This document shows, one piece after another, positions 18,349 through 25,234 of a stretch of 48,534 nt of DNA. Every line of letters begins with the position of its first letter. The first letter of the stretch is position 1. Made by a program: the position numbers and the translations under genes. Source of the stretch: Myxococcota bacterium (GTDB lineage: Bacteria > Myxococcota_A > UBA796 > GCA-2862545); contig JBGCER010000082.1 of NCBI GenBank assembly GCA_045106515.1, positions 1 through 48,534 on the forward strand, given 5' to 3'. Below the pieces are notes generated by a model. It ran no database searches. It was not told where the DNA came from and saw nothing but the letters and a program-made list of their open reading frames with translations.

Positions 18349-18924
18349 CTAGTAGCCTGTGCCGCTGCCGACCTGGAGGGCGATGCCCGGGTTGGGTACG
18401 CCGCTGATGAAGCGCATTTTAGGTTCGAGCACCACAAATAGGCGGCGGCCGATGCGGCTCCACCCCTCGGAGTATCCGATCCGAGCGGCTACAAGGGGGG
18501 CGGGGGTGACGTTGACTTCGGGACCCAACTCGGTGGACTTGGAGTGGATCATGACCGCCAGGCCGCCTGCTGCGCCAATGGTGAGCTTGCCCATGATGCG
18601 GTCCCAGCGAAACGTGGGCTCGAATGAGGCTGAGAAGTGCAGAGGCACAGGACCCTCGACCATCACCGCGAGGCCCGGCCCCAAGCGATCATTGCCACGA
18701 AGGTGGTAGCCCCAGGACCCGAACACGCCCATGGTGGCCCATGGCGGGACTTCGTCTCGGAAGTAGGTGATGTCCGCTACACCCAACTGCAGACCGAAGT
18801 CGTAGCTGAACTCCGGCGGAATGCGCTCCAGCTGCACGTCGGGCAGCTCGGTCACGACCTCCTGCGCCATGGCAGGAGTGCTGATGCTGGCGATGGCGAT
18901 GAGTGTCGGGGCTGCTAGGCGCAC
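18349..18924 (-). CDS. Small outer-membrane beta-barrel-like protein, hypothetical
   Basis: The signal peptide ends AMA-QE. The body has alternating hydrophobic beta-strand patterns and a C-terminal aromatic residue (…GSGTGY). Confidence 0.5.
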   Translation of the reverse strand: MRLAAPTLIAIASISTPAMAQEVVTELPDVQLERIPPEFSYDFGLQLGVADITYFRDEVPPWATMGVFGSWGYHLRGNDRLGPGLAVMVEGPVPLHFSASFEPTFRWDRIMGKLTIGAAGGLAVMIHSKSTELGPEVNVTPAPLVAARIGYSEGWSRIGRRLFVVLEPKMRFISGVPNPGIALQVGSGTGY

Positions 18925-19064
18925 GGTATCCTCGGGGTCTGCGAGGGCTGGGTGTATCCGTCTAGCCCCGGTTCTGCCGTCTGAGTGCCTCGGCGGAGAC
19001 CGTTGTTGACCCCCGACTCGTCAGGTGTCTGTTATACGCCGGGAGTTCCGCCAGGAGGCCTCTC

Positions 19065-19838
19065 ATGTTCCGCTTCGCCAGCCTAGGTCTGGTCCTTTTC
19101 GCTCTGACCGCCTGCGACGAGTCCGGCGACTTCTCCAACTTTGACCTGACGACGGCTCGTGAGCTGGAGATGAAGGTCGACGGGCTGAACGCCCGCGCCG
19201 ACGCCCTCGCGGAAGAAGTGAAGAAGGCGCCGCCCGCCGAGGCAGGTGATGGGGCGCCCGCTCGTGACCCCGCCCGTGAAAAGGCCGCATATGAGGCGTA
19301 CCAAGCCACAATGGCGGCGCTCCAAGGTGGGGACTACGACGCTGCGAAAGCCAAGCTCGCCGAGCTGGAAAAGTTCACGGATGTGCCGCCCGCGGTCAAC
19401 GCGGTCAAAGAGATCCGGGCCGAAATCGAGCTGATCGGAAAGCCCGCCACCGAGCTTAAGGTGGACAAGTGGTTTGTCGGTCAAGCCGGGATGGACGATG
19501 GCAAGGCCACGGTGCTCGTGTTTTGGGAGGTCTGGTGCCCCCACTGCAAGCGCGAGGTGCCTAAGCTCGAAGAGACCTACGCCAAGTACAAAGGCAAGGG
19601 TCTGAACCTGATCGGCATCACACAGGTCAACAACGGCAAGACCGACGAAGAAGTCGAGACGTTCATCGCCGAGAGCAAGGTCACCTACCCAATCGCCAAG
19701 ACCGGAGCCGACATTCCCGGCTACTACAATGTCCAGGGTGTGCCCGCGGCCGCCGTGGTCAAGGATGGAAAGATCGTCTGGCGCGGTCATCCGGCCCAGC
19801 TCTCCGACTCGCTCATCGAGGGTTGGCTGGGCTCGTAA
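19065..19838 (+). CDS. TlpA/ResA-like thiol:disulfide oxidoreductase lipoprotein (thioredoxin fold, CxxC)
   Basis: The lipobox is LFALTAC. VLVFWEVWCPHCKREVPKLEE carries the WCxxC motif. AGGAGG lies upstream of the ATG at 19065. Confidence 0.8.
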   Translation: MFRFASLGLVLFALTACDESGDFSNFDLTTARELEMKVDGLNARADALAEEVKKAPPAEAGDGAPARDPAREKAAYEAYQATMAALQGGDYDAAKAKLAELEKFTDVPPAVNAVKEIRAEIELIGKPATELKVDKWFVGQAGMDDGKATVLVFWEVWCPHCKREVPKLEETYAKYKGKGLNLIGITQVNNGKTDEEVETFIAESKVTYPIAKTGADIPGYYNVQGVPAAAVVKDGKIVWRGHPAQLSDSLIEGWLGS

Positions 19839-20532
19839 AGCGCTGCGGTGGCGGGGGCAGCGACGCGCGCTGGTCCCACACGGCAGTGAGCTTTGGAACG
19901 ACGGCTCTGCTCAGGACCCGGCCCCCCGGCAACGGGGATGCGCTGGGTCCAACGTCTTTTGCACCCTCACGAATCGCCGCCCGCAGGGTGGCTGGGTCGA
20001 GCAGGGCGGGCGGCTGGGCTTGGCTTGAGATCGTTCCGGCCGTGTTGGCGAAGTCCACCCAAGCGTCTTCGTACGCCAAGAAATCGCGGTTTGCGACGTA
20101 GAAGAAGATCAGAGCCTTGTCGCCGTGCTTCTCCGCCCTCCCGATGAGCCACTGAAACCGCTCTTGGCGAGTGCACAGAGCACTCGCGGTCCAGGTGGTG
20201 TCCGTCACGACGGGCTTGTCCCACACCGCGGGGTCGCACTCAGTCAGCGCCATGGTGCGCAGCGGCGTGGACAGGTCGAGCTCCGCGTCGGTCCAACGAA
20301 TGTCGAAGAATCGCGAGAAATCTCCCGCGTCGACGGCGATGCGTTGCGGCTCTACCACGACCTTGGCGGGTCCCGCATCGGCTCGCGCGGTGTTCGGTGG
20401 CAGCCGCACCGACCAGCCTTGGCCCTGATGGACTTCGCCGACGGCCTCGCCAACCCGACCACCGGACGTGCCACACAAGTTGAGCCACATCAGCGCCACG
20501 CTCGTCATCAGACGCACCCTGGCCTCCACCAC
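19813..20532 (-). CDS. Hypothetical protein
   Basis: Composition is protein-like, unlike the opposing Arg/Gly/His-rich frame. The start is uncertain (20532, or MTSVALMW at 20508). I recognise no motif. Confidence 0.4.
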   Translation of the reverse strand: MVEARVRLMTSVALMWLNLCGTSGGRVGEAVGEVHQGQGWSVRLPPNTARADAGPAKVVVEPQRIAVDAGDFSRFFDIRWTDAELDLSTPLRTMALTECDPAVWDKPVVTDTTWTASALCTRQERFQWLIGRAEKHGDKALIFFYVANRDFLAYEDAWVDFANTAGTISSQAQPPALLDPATLRAAIREGAKDVGPSASPLPGGRVLSRAVVPKLTAVWDQRASLPPPPQRFTSPANPR

Positions 20533-20595
20533 GAGGCCCTAACACCCGTCACCACATCGGTTAGTCTGCGACCTCACCGGTTCGTCGAGGTTCGC

Positions 20596-21486
20596 TTGCC
20601 AGCACTGGTCACAACGCTGAATAGCCGCCTAGAGACCGCTACGGCGCTCTTCGAACAGGGTCGTCTTGGCGCGGCTCTCACCGCGTTTGAAGAGCTCGTT
20701 TCTTTGGCGCAGGAACGCTCCGACCGCGCCACCGAGATCATGGGCCGGGCGATGGCGGCACGCTGCCTCATTAAGCGCCGGGATGTCGATGGCGCTGCTG
20801 CTCACTTGAGCGCGGTCCAGCTGGGTTTTGACGAGCTACCCATCGACGTTGACGCCTGTCTACACGGCAGCCAAGCTCGGCTGGCCATGGCCCAGGGTCG
20901 GGCCGATCTGCGGGCCTACCTGCGCTGGGCCGACGAGCGTGAACATGCTGCGTCGATCATCGACGCCTGCATGTTGCTCGCCGAGTCCTCGCCGGCCGAG
21001 GAACAAGCCACGTGGCTGGAGCGAGCGGTTGGCGAAGCCGAGGCCAGCGGCCGCATTCACCAGGCGGGTGCGCTGGCGTTGCAGCTGGGCGGGGTCCTCG
21101 ATGGCCTCGGTCGAGGCGAAGAGTCGGTGTCCGCCTATGTTCGCGCCATCGGGCACCAGAGGTCCCACGGCTCGACGCGCGGCGTCGTGAGCGCGGGCTG
21201 GGCGGCCGGCACCGTGCTCGTGCGTTTGGAGTCCTATCCCCAGGCACGAGAAGTTTTGGAACAAGCTGTTGAATCCGCAGAGGACAATGATCAGGTGCGA
21301 GACCTGCTCGCCCTGTCCCTCGCAGAGCTCGCGCGGGTTCACGAAGCCGCTGGCGACGTGGTCGAAGCCCGGCGCTTGGTGATTCGCTCCCTGCGCCTAG
21401 GACGGGAAGAGGACCTGCCGTCTTTGTGGCCCGAGCGGTGGCGTTCACTGATCCAATATGGCCAAAGCCTAGAACTAGACGTTTAA
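20596..21486 (+). CDS. TPR-like helical repeat protein, hypothetical
   Basis: It has Ala/Leu-rich helical repeats. I placed the start at TTG 20596, preceded by GAGG plus 5 nt. The track ORF start at 20125 overlaps the opposite-strand gene. Confidence 0.45.
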   Translation: MPALVTTLNSRLETATALFEQGRLGAALTAFEELVSLAQERSDRATEIMGRAMAARCLIKRRDVDGAAAHLSAVQLGFDELPIDVDACLHGSQARLAMAQGRADLRAYLRWADEREHAASIIDACMLLAESSPAEEQATWLERAVGEAEASGRIHQAGALALQLGGVLDGLGRGEESVSAYVRAIGHQRSHGSTRGVVSAGWAAGTVLVRLESYPQAREVLEQAVESAEDNDQVRDLLALSLAELARVHEAAGDVVEARRLVIRSLRLGREEDLPSLWPERWRSLIQYGQSLELDV

Positions 21487-21490
21487 TCGT

Positions 21491-22294
21491 CTAGTTGGAG
21501 GGCTTCGCCTTCTCTGGATTCGGACTCGGCGCGACCCAGCTCGGCAGAGAAGCCCGCAACGTCGGGGCGCTCCACAGCCAGGTGCCATCGACGCAGTCTT
21601 GGTCTGACCAGTCGAGAATGGCGGCCACAACAGGGCTGTCTGTCCTCTGGCGCAGTTGCCAGTCGACGCCACCACGGCCCGCCACCCGGGTTCGGTCCGC
21701 CACCACGACCAAATAGCCCTTGCCATCCCAGGCCCCGAGCGCCCGTTCGGCCATCCGGCTGTCGCCCCAGGTTCGCGCTTGGGCGAGTCGGGTGCGCATG
21801 GTCGGCGAGAGCGTGTCCCCGGACAGCACGCCGAGTCGCTCCGGGTAGCCCGTAGGCACAACGGGGATGCGCGCGTCGGCATCGGGCGCGTCGTTGGGGC
21901 CGATGGCGATCAGGTCGACGCCGCCGGGACTATCTGCCAGACCGAGTGCCAGCAAAGGCCGATACCCCTCGGTGGGCCATGGCCAGTGCTCCTGCCACCC
22001 GACCGCCTCGGCCACCTTGTCGAGGTTGGGCACGGCCGCGCTCAGGGCGTCCAAGTTTCGGGTCTCGTCTTCGTGCACGGCCTGCAGAGCGAGGGTGACC
22101 CGATCTCGATCCCGCAGGGCGCGCACCACCTGGGCAGCCCTGCGTAAATCATCAGTTTCGCCCTGGGATTCACCTAATACGATGACCGCTGGAGCCTCGA
22201 CCTGAACCAGGTCGGAGAGGCCGATGGGCACACAGCCTTGGTCGGCGGCGGCCTGTTGGGCGAGGGCGGGGATCAGAGACAGGAGGATCAGCAT
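21491..22294 (-). CDS. Periplasmic ChaN/TIKI-like protein (weak call)
   Basis: The signal is MLILLSLIPALAQQA. VIVLGESQGETDD and TLALQAVHED resemble the ChaN (PF04187) blocks but lack the usual His residues. Confidence 0.35.
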   Translation of the reverse strand: MLILLSLIPALAQQAAADQGCVPIGLSDLVQVEAPAVIVLGESQGETDDLRRAAQVVRALRDRDRVTLALQAVHEDETRNLDALSAAVPNLDKVAEAVGWQEHWPWPTEGYRPLLALGLADSPGGVDLIAIGPNDAPDADARIPVVPTGYPERLGVLSGDTLSPTMRTRLAQARTWGDSRMAERALGAWDGKGYLVVVADRTRVAGRGGVDWQLRQRTDSPVVAAILDWSDQDCVDGTWLWSAPTLRASLPSWVAPSPNPEKAKPSN

Positions 22295-22302
22295 CTGGTC
22301 CC

Positions 22303-23016
22303 CTATGTTCCCCGATCGTTCGCGTCGAGTCGCCATGTGTTGGGTCCGAACCCGACGCGGTCCAAACGTTGCGCCAGCAGGCTCGGAAAGCGCTTGTGCC
22401 ACGTGGCGTTCAAGGGGGAGGGGTGAGGCACGGGCCACACCCGGAGCCGCCGTGATGCCCCGTCGGGGGCGGTGAGGTCGATCTCTGCGGGTGCCGCTTC
22501 AAACCTCGGCTCTGCGGTCCAGGCGTCTTTGAGGCGCGCCCGGTCCTCGCGGCTCCCGTTGAGCCCGAACCACAGGAAGGCGTTCTGTCCGAGGCACATC
22601 ACGTCGGAGCCTCGCCACCCGTGCACGAGTAGGTCTGCGATGACCGGCTGGACGGCGCGTCGCGTGGACACGGACCACGCCTTGTTTCCGATGGGCTTGT
22701 ACGGCACCGTATTGGCCCAAAAGGCGACGCGCCCGATCCGCTCGCTCGCCCTGAAGTTTGGGCAGGGCTCTCCTTCGATGATCGAGTGCAGGACGTTGCG
22801 GATGAGCTGGCCGCCTTTGCCGATGAACGGCTGCTGGTGGCGCACTTCGTCGCGGCCGGGATCTCGGCCGAAGAACGCGACGCGGCAGCTCGGATCTCCG
22901 CCCCCCAGGATGGGCTCAAGGGGGTCGCGCCCGTCTGCCTCATACGCCGGCGTGTCGATGCGATCGAGGGTGGCTGCGACCCGGCGCAGCGCGGCGGTTC
23001 TCTCTTGAGGGGTCAC
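22303..23016 (-). CDS. Uracil-DNA glycosylase superfamily protein (family-4-like motif A, no Fe-S cysteines)
   Basis: FFGRDPGRDEVRHQQPFIGKGGQLIRNVL matches GE(A/G)PGxxEDxxGxPFVGxAGxLL. Motif B is HPSPLN. The GTG start overlaps the upstream stop (GTGA at 23013-23016). Confidence 0.65.
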   Translation of the reverse strand: MTPQERTAALRRVAATLDRIDTPAYEADGRDPLEPILGGGDPSCRVAFFGRDPGRDEVRHQQPFIGKGGQLIRNVLHSIIEGEPCPNFRASERIGRVAFWANTVPYKPIGNKAWSVSTRRAVQPVIADLLVHGWRGSDVMCLGQNAFLWFGLNGSREDRARLKDAWTAEPRFEAAPAEIDLTAPDGASRRLRVWPVPHPSPLNATWHKRFPSLLAQRLDRVGFGPNTWRLDANDRGT

Positions 23017-23966
23017 GCATCGTCCGTGGATGAAGGCGGCTTTTGACTTCTCCGGCGGCGCTTCTTTTCCGCGGGGTCATCGCCGACCAGGGCCTTGACC
23101 TCGCCAAGCTCGGCGATGAGCTGCCGACGGCTCTCGGGGTCGAGCTGATCGATGGCCGCGGTGACCGAACGCAGGCCTTGCTGGGCCTGTTCCACGCTTT
23201 CGCGGGCCCGTCGCGCTTGTCGGTCCCGCACGAAGTAGAGCAAGACGAGCACACCGAGCACAACGAAGAGACCGCCAATGATGGTCTTGAGCAGGTTCTC
23301 GGTGCGTTCGGCCGAGGCGTTGACCTGCAGGGCCACGCGGTCGGCGACGCCACCCACGCTGTCGCTGAACGGGTCGAGCAGCTTATTGGTCAGCGTCTCT
23401 TCGAGCACTTCGCCGATGCCAGGGCTCGCGGGGGTGCCCCCTTCTACAGCGTCGTGGACCGAGTCTCGGAGGATTTCGGCGAGCGTGAACCGCAGCGACT
23501 GTTCGCCGAGCTCGCGCTCTAGGGAGGCGATGGTGCGGGTGACGACGCGGTCCGCGGTCTCTTCGAGGCTATCGCCCAGGTCGCCGCGCAGGCCGTCGGA
23601 GAAGGACTGCACGATGTCGCGGCGGACGATCTGCCGAAACTCGGGCCCAACCTCTTCCCGGAGACCCTTGCCGGATCGCACGGCGGCGACGGCGATGATC
23701 GACTCGATCGTGTCTTCGAGCTCCCTCTTCTGCTCCTCGCTGATGGTGGTTGCGCCGGATGCAAGACCTTCGCCAAGTTGTTGGCCAAGCTTACGCATTA
23801 GCTGCTTTTCAAGAGTGTCCTCTGCGATCGAGTCGACCGCGGAACGGTCGCGCGTATCGCCAAGAGCCTCGTCCAACAGGCCTTCGGCCAGCTTGTTTCC
23901 CGCACGGTAGAAACAGCCTGTAAGCAAGCTTATGGAGATGAGCAGCGCCAGCCAGCCTCGGAACAA
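23013..23966 (-). CDS. Lipoprotein with helical body and a C-terminal TM helix, hypothetical
   Basis: The lipobox is ISLLTGC. The C-terminal TM helix is IIGGLFVVLGVLVLLYFV. Confidence 0.5.
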   Translation of the reverse strand: MFRGWLALLISISLLTGCFYRAGNKLAEGLLDEALGDTRDRSAVDSIAEDTLEKQLMRKLGQQLGEGLASGATTISEEQKRELEDTIESIIAVAAVRSGKGLREEVGPEFRQIVRRDIVQSFSDGLRGDLGDSLEETADRVVTRTIASLERELGEQSLRFTLAEILRDSVHDAVEGGTPASPGIGEVLEETLTNKLLDPFSDSVGGVADRVALQVNASAERTENLLKTIIGGLFVVLGVLVLLYFVRDRQARRARESVEQAQQGLRSVTAAIDQLDPESRRQLIAELGEVKALVGDDPAEKKRRRRSQKPPSSTDDA

Positions 23967-24073
23967 TGGGCCTCCGTCGGCGCGACTGTAGCCCGATCGG
24001 GCAGATCGGGGCGGGCGTGGGCGGTCCGTGCTACGCTTAATATGGCTATCGCTCTGTTTTTTTGGAGGCCCCT

Positions 24074-24367
24074 ATGGGTATGCCGGCTGCGCGAATCACA
24101 GACATGCACGTGTGCCCCATGGTCACCGGCGTTGTTCCCCATGTGGGCGGACCTATCCTGCCTCCGGGCGGAGTGACCGTGCTCATCGCGGGGCTACCGG
24201 CCGCGCGCATTGGCGACATGTGCACCTGCGTGGGTCCGCCCGATACCATCATCAAGGGCTCCGCCACCGTCATGTCAGGCGGCATGCCCCAGGCCCGAAT
24301 GCTGGACAGCACGGCCCATGGCGGCATGATTGTCTTGGGTGCGCCCACGGTCTTGGTCGGCGGCTAG
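24074..24367 (+). CDS. PAAR-domain protein (T6SS spike-tip type), stand-alone ~97 aa
   Basis: PAARITD, LPAARIGD and MPQARMLD are three PAAR-like repeats, with HVCP and CTCVGPPD present. GGAGG lies 5 nt before the ATG at 24074. Confidence 0.8.
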   Translation: MGMPAARITDMHVCPMVTGVVPHVGGPILPPGGVTVLIAGLPAARIGDMCTCVGPPDTIIKGSATVMSGGMPQARMLDSTAHGGMIVLGAPTVLVGG

Positions 24368-24399
24368 CGAGTGTGGCGCCCAGTCTGCGGAACCCCGCC

Positions 24400-24672
24400 T
24401 TATTCCGGCGGGACTTGGGACGGCGCTTGGGTGTAGGCCTCCCAGAGTAGCTCGGGCTCGCGCACGAATAGGCCCACGTGACCGCACTGGCCACAGATGG
24501 TGGCGCGGAGCTCGGCACGGATGGGATCGGTGAACAGCAGCGCGTCGGGGTCGTTGAATCCGACCAAGACTTCGAGCTTGTGGCGGCCGTGTTGGCTGCG
24601 ATCTTCCACCTTGGCGTCGTGGATGATTTGATCACTGGAGCAGCGGGGGCATGTGGATGCGTGAGCGTCCAT
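24400..24672 (-). CDS. Small zinc-ribbon protein (CPRC...CGQC), hypothetical
   Basis: It has two CxxC pairs. GGAGG lies 5 nt before the ATG at 24672. Confidence 0.5.
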   Translation of the reverse strand: MDAHASTCPRCSSDQIIHDAKVEDRSQHGRHKLEVLVGFNDPDALLFTDPIRAELRATICGQCGHVGLFVREPELLWEAYTQAPSQVPPE

Positions 24673-24739
24673 CGAGTCCTCCATTCGGGACGGGTGCGTA
24701 GCGTTGGGGTAGCATGTTGCCACGCCCAAGCTGGAGTGC

Positions 24740-25228
24740 GTGATCACCGTGGTCAGTCGGGTCCTCTTTGTCTGTTCGGGCAACATCTGCCGAAGTCCCA
24801 TTGCTGAGGGCGTCTTTCGCAAGAAGATGGACGAGCAGGGGCTCCGCGATCAATTTGAGGTCGATAGCGCCGCGACGGGGCGCTGGCACATTGGTGAGGC
24901 GCCGGACACGCGCGCTCGCATCGTTCTGGAGCAACACGGGGCGCCGGTGCCCAAAGCGGCCCGACAGGTGACCAAGCGGGACTTCGAATACTTCGACTAC
25001 ATCCTGGCCATGGATCAGGGCGTCGCCAATACGCTTCGCCGGCGGGCCCCTTCCGAAGCGGGTGCTGCGAAAGTGGCGTTGATCCTGGATGCTACGGCGG
25101 GTGGCGACGTTCCCGATCCGTACTTCGGCAAGCAGGTGGACTTTGAGATCGCCTACGACCTGCTCGACGCTGCGGTGGATCGGTGGATTGTCTTGCTTGG
25201 AGCAAAGCTACCGGGCCGTGCCGGCTAG
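24740..25228 (+). CDS. Low-molecular-weight protein tyrosine phosphatase
   Basis: The P-loop is VLFVCSGNICRSPIAEG (CX5R-S). The DPYFG Asp loop is present. Confidence 0.85.
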   Translation: MITVVSRVLFVCSGNICRSPIAEGVFRKKMDEQGLRDQFEVDSAATGRWHIGEAPDTRARIVLEQHGAPVPKAARQVTKRDFEYFDYILAMDQGVANTLRRRAPSEAGAAKVALILDATAGGDVPDPYFGKQVDFEIAYDLLDAAVDRWIVLLGAKLPGRAG

Positions 25229-25234
25229 GTGGCG

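Noticed and set aside
18990-19040. TTGACC...TGTTAT/TTATAC upstream of the TlpA-like gene, considered as a promoter.
   Set aside because: Spacing to any -10-like hexamer is 18-20 nt and the hexamers match poorly. The evidence is too weak to list as a feature.
20125-20595. 5' part of the 453-aa plus-strand ORF.
   Set aside because: It is an Arg/Gly/His-rich shadow of the minus-strand gene 19813-20532. TPR-like sequence starts only after about 20596.
24031-24065. AT-rich patch with a TAATAT hexamer upstream of the PAAR gene, considered as a sigma-70 promoter.
   Set aside because: No convincing -35 element lies at 16-18 nt spacing, and promoter consensus in this lineage is uncertain. I mention it only as context in the PAAR finding.
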